64,000 nucleotides of DNA, taken from positions 64,001-128,000 of IMG/VR virus record IMGVR_UViG_3300021387_001614, one strand, 5' to 3'. The notes under the pieces are model-generated. The model was not told the origin of the DNA. It saw only the letters and a list, made by a program, of their open reading frames with translations, and searched no databases. Numbering within the stretch: position 1 is the first letter of the stretch; each line of letters starts with the position of its first letter. A program made the position numbers and the translations under genes. This DNA comes from a virus. Taxonomy: Duplodnaviria; Caudoviricetes. Below are positions 1-10,091 of the stretch, one piece after another.

Positions 1-553
1 TATTCATTCCGAAATATTCCTTCATAGGTTCGGAAATCGAAAATTTCTTTGCTGCCCTATCATCATTTGCCCTTATTGCATTTGACATGGCAGTATCAAC
101 AAGAATACTTGTGGTTTTACCCAACATCGTATCCCTATCAGAAAAATTGGGATTTGTAATAATACTGCGACCATTCGAGTTTATTGCTTCTTCAAGCCCT
201 CTACCGCCAATAACGCCAACTGCCGTATCATCTGAATGAAGGATATAATCTATTTCGTTGTTTATATTAAGTATGCTCGTACTTGCACCATAAACACCCC
301 TTATATAATCGAGATAATTAGAATATGAAGATTTGTCATCATCATTAATAAACCAAGGGGTTTCCATTATAGCGTTATAATATGGGTTAGACAGTGTGCC
401 TATTGGAGTAGAATACCCGTCATACGTGAAATTTCCCGTTCCGATATTTCTATCCAAATGTTCAACCATAAACTGATAACTTTTGTTATACAGTCCTATA
501 GGTCTCACCACAAAACTATCTAAAACATTAATAATACCGTCTAATATTCCCAT
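1..553 (-). CDS. Hypothetical virion/baseplate-region protein, partial (runs off the window start)
   Basis: ATG at 553 (MGILDGIINVLDSF...), open to the window edge, directly downstream of the tape measure gene. Confidence 0.7.
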   Translation of the reverse strand, partial: MGILDGIINVLDSFVVRPIGLYNKSYQFMVEHLDRNIGTGNFTYDGYSTPIGTLSNPYYNAIMETPWFINDDDKSSYSNYLDYIRGVYGASTSILNINNEIDYILHSDDTAVGVIGGRGLEEAINSNGRSIITNPNFSDRDTMLGKTTSILVDTAMSNAIRANDDRAAKKFSISEPMKEYFGMN

Positions 554-570
554 TTTATTTCTCTTTATCT

Positions 571-3500
571 TTAAATACCAACATACATTTTTGTTGTATT
601 GATGTTATTGCTTTCTTTGTTAAATTTGGCTGCATTACCACCCTCATTTAACTTTGTCTTAATTATTTCTGTTATTTGACGTTTAAAGTCTTCGTTTCTT
701 AATAATTGTCCAAGGTCAATATTGCCAACGTTGCCGTTTGCCTCAAGTCGTATTGTTCCATTAACATTAAGATTAATGTCAGTCGGACCAATATTGAAAT
801 TAGGCTGATATGTACTGTTTTCTCTAAATGGCAGAACACTCATTGTTTTACCTAATGACTCAATAGGTGTTAATGCCGCTTGTTTAAGTGCTACAAACAT
901 GGCTTTTTGTTCTTGCGAATTTAATACCATTTCGCCACTATTTAATAACGCCGGTACTTTATCACCCTCGTATGAATGACCCGGTACTATCATACCGCGT
1001 GCGGCTTTCGCTATACCGCCCCTTGAGAACCAATTTAATGGATTAAATATCGAACCCTTTTCATTTTCGAATACGCCATATTCTTCTCCATTTTCCTTAA
1101 GACCCTTATCTGTGTTAAATTTACTTATGAGTAAGTCATGGATACCTATGGTTGCATAAGCAGCCTTTTCCATTATTGCCGGGTCATTAATATCTGTAAC
1201 ACCAAGTTTTTGTGTCTCGAACTGATGTTGCATTTCAAGGTGTTTCTCTTCTTCCTCAGTTTTACTTTTACCGAAGAGATAATCAGTTCCCTTGTCCCAA
1301 GCCGCCGTTGCGAGGTTAACAATATCTTCACCAAATTGGTCTATAATTCCATATACACCGCCAATATAGCCACCTACGGCAGCACCGGCTGCATTACCAA
1401 GTAAAGGTATCGCTGAACCTATCATTGCACCAATACCTGCACCCGTTGCGGCATCAGAGCCAACATTAAGCAGTTTATCAGTAATACCGCCTTCATCCCA
1501 CGCACCTGTCATTTGGCCACCCATGTTAACGAGGTCTGTTGCCAACCCTGCCAATGCCCATGGGTTTGCTGCTTTAGCGATTGTTCCGGCTTTAAGTACT
1601 GCACCTGCTGTGCCTTTAGCACCCATTTTAGCGGCAAGTTTTGCCGTGGGGTTCGCTGCCATTGATGTTATCGCTGCTGTTGTAGACACAGCGTCGGCTG
1701 TATTTTTAACAACACTAACGGGTGTGTCTTCTAAGAAACCTTGTGTTCCTTCTTTCTTTTTCTTGCTAGATTTGTCAATCGAAGAAAGTTTTAATGCGGC
1801 CTCCGAAGATATTCCTGCAAGTTTCTCAAGTAACGCTGTCTGTTTTTCTAACTCACTGCACGTATCACATGTAGCGCTCTGTGTTTGCGGAGTTGCCGGT
1901 TGAACTGCTGTATTTTCGTTATCGTCATCCCCACCACCAAAAACTTTATAAGCACCGTATCCAAGCGCTAAAGCACCACCTGCGATTAATGCACCTTTAC
2001 CACCCTTTTTAATTAACCCTTTAGCTTTAGATAATTTTCTTAACCGCCCAATGTTTTTTCCTTTAAGTGGTGTAGCATTATTTGTTGCGGTGGCACCGCC
2101 CCTTGCTTGTGATTGTGTTGATGGTGACGTTTTTACCTTTCCATTTCCAAGTACTCTTCCCCCCGTAAACTTGCCCCAAACATTGCCAATTGCATTAGGT
2201 ATGCCTACTGATAACGCATTTCTCAGTACACCACTAACAACACTCCCTAATGTAAGCGTCAAAATTGATAAAAAGCCATTAGTCAATAAACCCGCTGCGA
2301 GAACCGACAAGAAGCCATTGTTAAAGGAGTTAGAAAAAAACTGCATTGGGTTTGCAACCACGTCCCTTGCACCGCTTGCATAAAGACCCTCCTTGAAATT
2401 AGTAATATTTTCTTTGGTGCTTTGTGTTTCCTTAGCGGCTGTCTCGAAACTACGTGTTATGCCTAACATCGTATCAAGGTCTTTACGTATCAAAGAAATG
2501 TCTTTATAGGCATTTTCCTCTGATGGCGTTAGGCGTTGTATTTCTTCTAACTGTTTAGGGGTAAGACTGTCAACATATACTTTAGTAACCTCGTTAGTGT
2601 CTGTATTGACGTAGTTAACGTAGTGCTTCTTTTTCTCTGTGTCGTAGTTGTCACCCGCAAGGTTTGCAATTGCAGATTTTTGTTGCTCCGTAAACCCTGC
2701 TGCCCTGTCTATCTCACTCTTAACAACGTTTGATTTAACACGATTTTCAAGGAGACTTATATACTCAGCAGGATTCATGCCAAGATACTGTGCAGCAGCC
2801 TTTAATCGCATCATCTCCTGCGGACCATTTGGTGTTACCATGCCCGTTGCACGGTTATATGCCACACTCGATAATCCCGCCTTAATCGCACGTTCCATTG
2901 CTGCTTCAGGGTCGGCTATACCTTCATACATAGCACCCATTGGGTTGCTATACATTGCAGTGAATGAGCCACCAAGCATTTGGAGATTTGCACTATTCTT
3001 TATGGCATCCTCAATATTACTGAAAGAATCTGCAATTTTAACGACGTTTTCAATTGATGATTTTAACTCTTGTGCCTTTAATGCCATTCTCGTTAAACCA
3101 TCAACACCGTTTCTAAATGTATATTGATTTAATAAACCTAAATTCTTTGCTATTGCTGATGTGGCTTTTTCTACGTCAAGACCCATTCCTTTGGCTCTTG
3201 CCCTTGAAATAGCCATCATATCCCTTGATGTCTCAATGGATGCGCCAAATTTATTAAAACTTGCAGTCCATTCTTTAGCAATATCATCGCTTGTAAGGTC
3301 ACCCATCGTGCCCATCATAGCGATTTGCTCTTTATTAAGGGCAATACTTCGTCCTGTTACATTAACAATGTCCTTTTGGAATCTTATTGCTCTTTCGCTT
3401 GTAATACCAAGGGTTTTACCAAATTCTCTAACACTTTCAAGTTGGACTTTGGTTAAGGTCTGTGCCTGCTCACGGTTCAGTCCCATTGCGCGGGAAGCCT

Positions 3501-4218
3501 TAAATGTGGCGTCCTCGACCTTTAAATAATAACTAACAGAACCTGCAACCGCATTTTTTATGCCATCCCATGCACTTTTTAAAAGGCTTGATGCAAAATT
3601 TGCCTTGTTTATGTTTTTCGTTAAAGTGCCTGTATGAGATGCCGCTTCATCTACGCTCTTACCTAATTCCTTAAAATTGTCGTCAGTTTTTTCAACTTCT
3701 TTATTCCAAGTTCTCAATTCGGACATGTGCTCCCTCAGCATACGGTTTTCTGCTTCCATATCACTGATGAGGTCACCTTCTTTCTTCAGGAGTTCTTTTT
3801 GGTAATCCTTTTGTTCTTGGTAAAACTTTCTTTGTTTATCTATGTCCGTACCCGTTTTGCCGCTAATTCTGTCTATTTTACCTTGCAACATGTTAATTTC
3901 ATTCTGCCTTTTCATCATCATGTCAAGGGTTTGACAGTATTTTTCGGCTTCCTCACGAGAAATGCCAATGGATTCAAAGTTGTCCTTAAAAATTTGGTTT
4001 AACTCAGCCTTTCTCGCTATTAATTTATCATATTCCTGAATGAAACCCCTTAATTCTTTGCGTAATGCACCACTATACCTGGCAGCCTCAGCCCATTCGC
4101 CTCTATTTCTTTCTAACTGTTTCTTTATTTCGGCAATAAGCTTAATACCACTAAGGTCCTCATCACGCATGCGCTTAAGTTCGTCCTTTAATAAATCCCT
4201 TAATTCTTTATCATCCAT
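571..4218 (-). CDS. Tail tape measure protein
   Basis: 1215 aa; coiled-coil N-terminus, Ala/Gly-rich hydrophobic segments, C-terminal GGI..GMIVPG..GDKVPALLNSGEMVLN motif typical of tape measure proteins; late motif upstream. Confidence 0.85.
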   Translation of the reverse strand: MDDKELRDLLKDELKRMRDEDLSGIKLIAEIKKQLERNRGEWAEAARYSGALRKELRGFIQEYDKLIARKAELNQIFKDNFESIGISREEAEKYCQTLDMMMKRQNEINMLQGKIDRISGKTGTDIDKQRKFYQEQKDYQKELLKKEGDLISDMEAENRMLREHMSELRTWNKEVEKTDDNFKELGKSVDEAASHTGTLTKNINKANFASSLLKSAWDGIKNAVAGSVSYYLKVEDATFKASRAMGLNREQAQTLTKVQLESVREFGKTLGITSERAIRFQKDIVNVTGRSIALNKEQIAMMGTMGDLTSDDIAKEWTASFNKFGASIETSRDMMAISRARAKGMGLDVEKATSAIAKNLGLLNQYTFRNGVDGLTRMALKAQELKSSIENVVKIADSFSNIEDAIKNSANLQMLGGSFTAMYSNPMGAMYEGIADPEAAMERAIKAGLSSVAYNRATGMVTPNGPQEMMRLKAAAQYLGMNPAEYISLLENRVKSNVVKSEIDRAAGFTEQQKSAIANLAGDNYDTEKKKHYVNYVNTDTNEVTKVYVDSLTPKQLEEIQRLTPSEENAYKDISLIRKDLDTMLGITRSFETAAKETQSTKENITNFKEGLYASGARDVVANPMQFFSNSFNNGFLSVLAAGLLTNGFLSILTLTLGSVVSGVLRNALSVGIPNAIGNVWGKFTGGRVLGNGKVKTSPSTQSQARGGATATNNATPLKGKNIGRLRKLSKAKGLIKKGGKGALIAGGALALGYGAYKVFGGGDDDNENTAVQPATPQTQSATCDTCSELEKQTALLEKLAGISSEAALKLSSIDKSSKKKKEGTQGFLEDTPVSVVKNTADAVSTTAAITSMAANPTAKLAAKMGAKGTAGAVLKAGTIAKAANPWALAGLATDLVNMGGQMTGAWDEGGITDKLLNVGSDAATGAGIGAMIGSAIPLLGNAAGAAVGGYIGGVYGIIDQFGEDIVNLATAAWDKGTDYLFGKSKTEEEEKHLEMQHQFETQKLGVTDINDPAIMEKAAYATIGIHDLLISKFNTDKGLKENGEEYGVFENEKGSIFNPLNWFSRGGIAKAARGMIVPGHSYEGDKVPALLNSGEMVLNSQEQKAMFVALKQAALTPIESLGKTMSVLPFRENSTYQPNFNIGPTDINLNVNGTIRLEANGNVGNIDLGQLLRNEDFKRQITEIIKTKLNEGGNAAKFNKESNNINTTKMYVGI

Positions 4219-4252
4219 GTTTCACTCTATAATATATGATAATATCTTCTAT

Positions 4253-4357
4253 AAAATACTTTTCTTATAAATATCGGAAACAGTAAATCTATACTGTTAA
4301 GTTTTTTTAACTAAAAAAATTTGGTGTATTTCATTTTTTTATGTACCTTTGCCACTG
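4253..4357. repeat. 105-bp bidirectional promoter cassette, copy 1 (leftward late motif, rightward Bacteroidota sigma-A promoter)
   Basis: Ungapped match to 58578..58682 with 14 mismatches by manual count; TATAAATA 4266-4273, TTTG 4320-4323, TACCTTTG 4344-4351. Confidence 0.9.
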
Positions 4358-4381
4358 TAAGAAAAAAAAAAAGAAAGAATT

Positions 4382-4666
4382 ATGAAAATATTTAGAAAAA
4401 TTAATGACGAGGAGTGGGTTGAGTACGAGGAGGTTGATTGGTCAAACTTAACCTTTAAAGATTTCGTAGGTTTTATGATAATGGTGATTGTATTTGCATT
4501 TGTCTGTGTTTCAATCTTTTGTGGCATATGCTACTTCATAACATACTACAAAATCGCAATCCCTATCACCATTGGACTTATTTTCTTGTGGTACGGCGGA
4601 CTTGGTAAATACATTAAAAAGGGTCTCTATTGGCTTGGGGACAAATTTTTTGAAATATTCGAATAG
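4382..4666 (+). CDS. Small membrane protein with two predicted TM helices, early-type
   Basis: 94 aa with two hydrophobic stretches; own promoter upstream and hairpin terminator downstream. Confidence 0.75.
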   Translation: MKIFRKINDEEWVEYEEVDWSNLTFKDFVGFMIMVIVFAFVCVSIFCGICYFITYYKIAIPITIGLIFLWYGGLGKYIKKGLYWLGDKFFEIFE

Positions 4667-4686
4667 TGAAAAGTTTTGGTAAAAGA

Positions 4687-4725
4687 AAAGGGATAATCGT
4701 TGTTTGAGATTATCCCTTTATTTTT
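4687..4725. terminator. Bidirectional intrinsic terminator
   Basis: AAAGGGATAATC...GATTATCCCTTT hairpin between convergent genes. Confidence 0.8.
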
Positions 4726-4741
4726 ATTGTTTTATTCAGAA

Positions 4742-6310
4742 TTATGCGGATGCTGTCTGAACAGTCCAACCACTTGGAACTGCATAACTGCCAACATAGG
4801 TCCATTGTGCTGCATTGTTCTTGACAAATGTACCTGATGATGCAACATTCAGTACCCAATTACTTGTATAACTTGAAGCCGGATATGTTGTGAACATTGC
4901 CTTGATGTAGTTAAGACTTGTACACCCTTGGAACATAGAAGCATAACATTTACTTACCAATGTAGTAGCAGGTAACACAGGTGCTGTTGTAAGACTTGTA
5001 CAATTTTGGAACATACCACTATAACAATAATTTGTCAATGTAGTAGCAGGTAACTCAGGTGCATTTACAAGGCTTGTACAACCATAGAACATATTTTGAT
5101 AACAATTTTGTACCAACGTTGTAGCAGGTAATACAGGCGCATTTACAAGACTTGTACAACCTCGGAACATGGCATTGTAACAACTACTTACCAATGTTGT
5201 GGCAGGTAATTCGGGTGCTGTCACAAGGCTTGTACAATTAAAGAACATTCCTCTATAACAATTTTCTGCCAATGTGGTAGCAGATAACTCAGGTGCTGTT
5301 ACAAGACTTGTACAACCATCGAACATATATTGATAACAACTACTTGCCAATGTAGTTGCAGGTAACTCAGGTGCTGATGTTAGATTTGTACAACCTTGGA
5401 ACATATAAGCATAACAACTTTCAGCCAATGTTGTTACAGGTAACTCAGGTGCGGTTGTAAGACTTGTACAACCATTGAACATTTTTTCATAACAATTCTT
5501 TGCCAATGTTGTTGCAGGTAACTCAGGTGCCGTTACAAGACTTGTACAACCATTGAACATATAAGCATAACAACTTTCAGCCAATGTTGTTACAGGTAAC
5601 TCAGGTGCTGTTGTTAGTGCTGTACAACCATAGAACATATAACCATAACAACTACTTACCAATGCAGTTGCAGGTAACACAGGTGCTGTTGTCAGTCTTG
5701 TACAACCTTGGAACATAGTATCATAACAATAAATTGCCAATGTTGTTGCAGGTAACTCAGGTGCGGTTGTAAGACTTGTACAACTATTGAACATACCACT
5801 ATAACAACTACTTGCCAAGGTTGTTGCAGGTAAAGAAAGATTTTCAGCATTTACTACCTTTGCATTTCCACTGAACAATCTATAAAAAGCATAACTTTTT
5901 CCTGTAAGGTCTGTTTGTCCCTTAAAGTTATCCCCATATAATAATGACATTGCATTTCCTTGTACGTCAAACTCTGCTGTTGAACTAAATCTGCCAACGC
6001 CATTTGAAGTCGGTGTTATTTCACCTTTCCACATTATCTTGTTCCCTGCCGTTACGGTTGGACTTGCGGTTGCAGCAGCCAATTCTGTCCATGTTTCACC
6101 ATTATCCAACGAATAACTTACAGCATTAGTGCTTAATTGGAATGTACCGTCTTCCCTTGCCACAAATGTTAGGTATTCTTCTGCCCATGTCCAAGGGTTA
6201 TAATGCATGTCATCTTCTTGTACACAATGTGATACATTCGGAAGAATCATTCCACTCTCAGCATATTCTTCATATTCTTCGTGTGTTTCAAATAGTTTTA
6301 CGTATTTCAT
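4742..6310 (-). CDS. BspA-like leucine-rich repeat protein with 12 x 26-aa repeats; likely adhesin or receptor-binding protein
   Basis: APELPATTLAxxCYxxMFxGCTSLTT repeats; start moved to ATG 6310 (MKYVKLF), just downstream of late motif 6324-6331. Confidence 0.8.
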   Translation of the reverse strand: MKYVKLFETHEEYEEYAESGMILPNVSHCVQEDDMHYNPWTWAEEYLTFVAREDGTFQLSTNAVSYSLDNGETWTELAAATASPTVTAGNKIMWKGEITPTSNGVGRFSSTAEFDVQGNAMSLLYGDNFKGQTDLTGKSYAFYRLFSGNAKVVNAENLSLPATTLASSCYSGMFNSCTSLTTAPELPATTLAIYCYDTMFQGCTRLTTAPVLPATALVSSCYGYMFYGCTALTTAPELPVTTLAESCYAYMFNGCTSLVTAPELPATTLAKNCYEKMFNGCTSLTTAPELPVTTLAESCYAYMFQGCTNLTSAPELPATTLASSCYQYMFDGCTSLVTAPELSATTLAENCYRGMFFNCTSLVTAPELPATTLVSSCYNAMFRGCTSLVNAPVLPATTLVQNCYQNMFYGCTSLVNAPELPATTLTNYCYSGMFQNCTSLTTAPVLPATTLVSKCYASMFQGCTSLNYIKAMFTTYPASSYTSNWVLNVASSGTFVKNNAAQWTYVGSYAVPSGWTVQTASA

Positions 6311-6402
6311 GTTTTTTTTTTCTAATAAATATCGGGAATTCACAATGGTCACATATTTCCTATTGTTTTTTTCGCATTTTTTTTTATTTTTTAAAAAAAG
6401 AC

Positions 6403-6891
6403 TTGAGACAGCCGAAGAAGAAAACAAAAGGAAAAAATACCCCGCAAAAAAAGATAAAAATATATGATGCAAGGGGTAAAGTAGTTCGAGACCACCCCAA
6501 ATTTGGTACATCCAAACTCGAAAAAGACTTTGCGAGGGATTTTCTTGATAAACTCGGCGTTAAATATAAATGGCAGTTTGAGGCAAAGGATATAGGTAGG
6601 TTCTATGATTTTTTTATCGAACCAAGCGGTCCAATAATCGAGGTTGATGGTGGTTATTGGCATTCTGACCCACGTGTTATTAAGGAAAATGAACTAACAC
6701 CCACTCAAAAAAAGAATAAAAGGGTTGATAAAATTAAAGACGAATGGGCGTTATTACATGGCATACCCATTTATAGGATATGGGAACTTGACATTAGACA
6801 AAGCCCGCAAAAAGTCATGGAAGAACTAAGAGAAATACTAAATAAACCGGTGGAAAAACCAAAAAGAAGAAGAAAATTATTAAAATCATGA
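6403..6891 (+). CDS. Vsr/DUF559-like PD-(D/E)XK endonuclease
   Basis: SKLEKDF...FYDFF...IIEVDGGYWH...RIWE motifs; probable TTG start at 6403. Confidence 0.75.
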   Translation: MRQPKKKTKGKNTPQKKIKIYDARGKVVRDHPKFGTSKLEKDFARDFLDKLGVKYKWQFEAKDIGRFYDFFIEPSGPIIEVDGGYWHSDPRVIKENELTPTQKKNKRVDKIKDEWALLHGIPIYRIWELDIRQSPQKVMEELREILNKPVEKPKRRRKLLKS

Positions 6892-7535
6892 ACAGTATAT
6901 TTTATTTACCATACTACAATTACAATGATGGTAATTTTGATAAAGACAGCGACTTTTATACAAGTAATGAGGATTATTTTGCTGCATTAAAAGCCGAAAT
7001 AGATAAAAACGATAAACTTATCGGTAGTAAAATGTCTGATTACCAAAGGGGTGGGTCATTAATGAGTGTTAATTCACAAAACGGTCAGGTATACGTTTAT
7101 GGGCAAAATCCAAGTCAACACCAAGAAGAAAATATCGCATACGCTAAATGTGATGGCATATTAATTGATGAAAATGGTAATGATGAAACCGTTGACAAGT
7201 TCTTTTCAGTTATTTTCTCGAAAGATGTTGCCATTTATATGTTAAAACTTAACATAGACAACGCTGATGAAGAATTCGAAGAAACACTTAATCTGTGGAA
7301 CGATGAACACGCAAAAATTTCATCATATGGCGTTAAACTCGGTGATGATTGGGTTTTTAAAAATGAACCCAAGAGAAATATCCTTGTAAAATTTAAAAAC
7401 AATGCAGATGAGTATCAATGTGCAATGTTAGAAAATTGTAAAATATTAGAAAAAAACGATATATCTACTTATATTATATTAGCAGAAAGAATAAAACTCA
7501 TGGAATATATTCCTGAAGAATCATTAAATCAATAA
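6888..7535 (+). CDS. Hypothetical protein
   Basis: 215 aa ORF coupled by ATGA overlap to the upstream gene. Confidence 0.7.
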   Translation: MNSIFYLPYYNYNDGNFDKDSDFYTSNEDYFAALKAEIDKNDKLIGSKMSDYQRGGSLMSVNSQNGQVYVYGQNPSQHQEENIAYAKCDGILIDENGNDETVDKFFSVIFSKDVAIYMLKLNIDNADEEFEETLNLWNDEHAKISSYGVKLGDDWVFKNEPKRNILVKFKNNADEYQCAMLENCKILEKNDISTYIILAERIKLMEYIPEESLNQ

Positions 7536-7539
7536 AGAT

Positions 7540-8814
7540 ATGGCAAAGAAAAAATTAACAGAAGAACAGCAAAAACAATTAAAATTATTAGAAGCAAATA
7601 ATGAAATGTACGAACGTTCAAAAAAAGAAGCGATGGAACGCGGAAGAGAGAACGCCGTTAAGCAGATAGAATTTGCACAAAATGATATAAAAGCACAGAT
7701 AGCAAAGCTTCTTAAAGGTGAAAATGTGGAATCAATGGAAATTATTAATATTGATGAAAACACACCTTCCATGACTATTACACGCAATAGCGGTGAAAAT
7801 GATGATTCTGTTTTTGAAGCCATCGAAAAGGGAAAAAAGAAAAAGGCAAAAGAAAGGAAAAGTGCAGAAAACGTAGAAAATACCGGAACTCAAAGCAACA
7901 GCGCAACTAACGTACAGTACACTAATATTGACTCAAACGTTCAGTACGACCTTGTTCCTCTGCCAAGTAACGGTGAATGTTACGAAAATAAAATAAATAG
8001 ATTACCCGTAGGGTTTTTAACCGCATACGACGAAAACTTTATTACGTCACCAAATCTTTATAGAGACGGATTGGTTATTGATTTTTTGCTCAAAAACAAA
8101 GTTTTAAGCAATGATATTGATGTTGATAACCTTGTTAAGGGTGATGTTGATGCCATTGTCCTGTTTCTTCGTGCGACAAGTTATGGCGTTGAATTTCCTG
8201 TTGTTGTAAAAGACCCTGAAACGGGTGTAAGTATCGAAACTAACATAGACCTTTCTAAGATTAAAACCAAGCCATTTAACCTTAAATCTGACGAAAACGG
8301 GCATTTTTCTTTCACACTGCCTTCGGGTGTAGAGGTTAAGTTTAAATATTTAACGAGAAAAGAGGAAAAAGACTTGGAGTTTATCTCAAATTTGGAAAAC
8401 GATGCCACTAAAACAACCACTTTACGTGCAGCCGTAAGAACAATTAAGGAATCTGCAAAAAATGACACTGTGCTATCTTCTAATGATAAGACAATTATAG
8501 ATGGACATTTAAAGGACATTGAAAAGTGGATTGATGAACTCGAAAAAGAAAACCCATCACCGTTCAATAAGACGATTACAAACAGAATGGAAATGCAAAT
8601 TGTTGCAATTAACGGTAATTATGATAAAGAATACGTAAGAAAAGCAATAATGAACATGCCTGCGGGTGAGGCATTAAAACTCAGAAGATATATTCTTGAA
8701 AATGAACCGGGATTAGACTTTGAAGTTGAAATAGAACGCCCACAGAATCTGGGAGGTGGTTCTTTCAAAACCTTTCTTGAATGGGACGATTCTATTTTCT
8801 TCAATATCGCCTGA
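7540..8814 (+). CDS. Baseplate hub assembly / tail assembly chaperone (T4 gp26-like)
   Basis: VPLPSNG..Y, LTAYDENFITSPNL, GDVDAIVLFLRATSYG, FSFTLP, FKYLT motifs. Confidence 0.7.
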   Translation: MAKKKLTEEQQKQLKLLEANNEMYERSKKEAMERGRENAVKQIEFAQNDIKAQIAKLLKGENVESMEIINIDENTPSMTITRNSGENDDSVFEAIEKGKKKKAKERKSAENVENTGTQSNSATNVQYTNIDSNVQYDLVPLPSNGECYENKINRLPVGFLTAYDENFITSPNLYRDGLVIDFLLKNKVLSNDIDVDNLVKGDVDAIVLFLRATSYGVEFPVVVKDPETGVSIETNIDLSKIKTKPFNLKSDENGHFSFTLPSGVEVKFKYLTRKEEKDLEFISNLENDATKTTTLRAAVRTIKESAKNDTVLSSNDKTIIDGHLKDIEKWIDELEKENPSPFNKTITNRMEMQIVAINGNYDKEYVRKAIMNMPAGEALKLRRYILENEPGLDFEVEIERPQNLGGGSFKTFLEWDDSIFFNIA

Positions 8815-9043
8815 GTATGAAAGAGCACTCAAAGAAGAACTTTTTGGTTGTTTTAAATATGTTGGCATACCTTTAGACGTGTTGGATAAAATGCCCGTTA
8901 GGGATAGAAAATTTTACATAGCCAAACATAATCAATATGTAGAGCAAGAAAACCAAGCACGCAACAGTGGCAATGCGTCGTCAACAGAAGCGATAGAGGG
9001 ATTTACATCTCTTGAGCAAGACCAAATAAAAAACAGAAACTAA
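8756..9043 (+). CDS. Small tail assembly protein (gp51-like); possibly a frameshift extension of the upstream gene
   Basis: LDKMPVRDRKFYI motif; overlaps the upstream gene in the +1 frame; no convincing start codon. Confidence 0.55.
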   Translation: MVLSKPFLNGTILFSSISPEYERALKEELFGCFKYVGIPLDVLDKMPVRDRKFYIAKHNQYVEQENQARNSGNASSTEAIEGFTSLEQDQIKNRN

Positions 9044-9050
9044 AAATAGG

Positions 9051-9085
9051 AAAACCTACCAATATCACATGTTGGTAGGTTTTTT
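9051..9085. terminator. Bidirectional intrinsic terminator
   Basis: AAAACCTACCAA...TTGGTAGGTTTTT hairpin. Confidence 0.8.
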
Positions 9086-9151
9086 ATATCATGGCGATAA
9101 AAAATGGCACATGAAACATGTGCCAATGCGCCAAACTCGTTGATTGTTAGA

Positions 9152-9640
9152 TTAGTATGCGAGTATTGCATAGTCAAATCTCAGCGTTGCCTGTATTGTG
9201 GCAAGGTCGCTTGAACTATAATCCAACTCACCGAAGTTTACGTTGGTTAACATGGTGTTCTTCAATATCCACTTGGAAACCACAACACCGGTAGGGTCAA
9301 GCATTTCAAGTTCAACGTCACGTTTATAACCTGCTGCGTAACCTTGTCTACCCGTAACAGATTCTGACTGTAAACGCACCCATTCCATAATTGCCTGTGA
9401 TGCTGACGGTCCAATTGGGTCACGGAAAGTCACATTTATCTGTTCCCACTGATATCTACCAACAACATATGTTGATGTGTTGATAAATGGGATTGGGGTT
9501 TCTTCTTGTGTGATAGAAGGACGGGAAGCACTTGACAGCCACCACTCTTGTATTCCTAAGTCAGCTGGAAATCTAAAAAGCCATCGGTTTTTGCGAAGCG
9601 GTTCAAACTGCAACGGCGCCTTCAAAAGTAAATCACTCAT
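9152..9640 (-). CDS. Tail tube protein (T4 gp19-like)
   Basis: EPLRKNRW, W..INVTFRDPIGPS..QAIMEW, YKRDVELEMLDPTG, FGELDY motifs; late motif 9674-9681. Confidence 0.85.
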   Translation of the reverse strand: MSDLLLKAPLQFEPLRKNRWLFRFPADLGIQEWWLSSASRPSITQEETPIPFINTSTYVVGRYQWEQINVTFRDPIGPSASQAIMEWVRLQSESVTGRQGYAAGYKRDVELEMLDPTGVVVSKWILKNTMLTNVNFGELDYSSSDLATIQATLRFDYAILAY

Positions 9641-9741
9641 TTTTCTTATTATTAATCTAGATTATTATTTTATTATAAATATATTGGTTTTTAAAAATAA
9701 AATCCGTATATTTGCAAAAACTATTTCTAAAAACAATATAA

Positions 9742-10056
9742 ATGGAAAAATACGAAATATTGACAGAGGGAAATAAATGCTTAAAAAACTCCCCCGTTTT
9801 TTTTAGGTTTCTAAAAGAAAACCAAATTTATGATAAATGGATAGAGAATAGAGCTAAATTTATTAAACATGAATTGTTAGCCAAATATCCTTGGCGAGGG
9901 ACTATATGCCACACTTATTTTCCACAAAAAGCACTTTTAACCAAATATCAAACTTCCTTTGCGTGGAATGAAACACCTGAGGGTTTTACCTATTGGGACA
10001 ATATAAATACGAGATACTTAAAATTTCTTACAGAAAATCCCATCGACACAGTTTAA
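9742..10056 (+). CDS. Small early hypothetical protein (FxRFLKEN family)
   Basis: 104 aa; promoter -7 box TATATTTG at 9707-9714; shares a motif with 45036..45509. Confidence 0.7.
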   Translation: MEKYEILTEGNKCLKNSPVFFRFLKENQIYDKWIENRAKFIKHELLAKYPWRGTICHTYFPQKALLTKYQTSFAWNETPEGFTYWDNINTRYLKFLTENPIDTV

Positions 10057-10091
10057 GTCCGATGGGATTTTTCTCATTATTGGGAAGAAAT

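Noticed and set aside
1138-4270. Numerous plus-strand ORFs antisense to the tape measure gene, and similar ones opposite the polymerase, sheath and fibre genes
   Set aside because: They are shadow ORFs from codon bias on the coding strand, with Ser/Leu/Phe-rich translations and no expression signals.
4905-5845. Regularly spaced repeats resembling a CRISPR array
   Set aside because: They are in-frame 78-bp coding repeats of an LRR protein with no unique spacers, and no cas genes are present.
6142-6511. Overlapping N-terminal extensions of ORFs 6142..6891 and 4742..6511
   Set aside because: The extensions cross an AT-rich divergent promoter region; better starts are TTG 6403 and ATG 6310.
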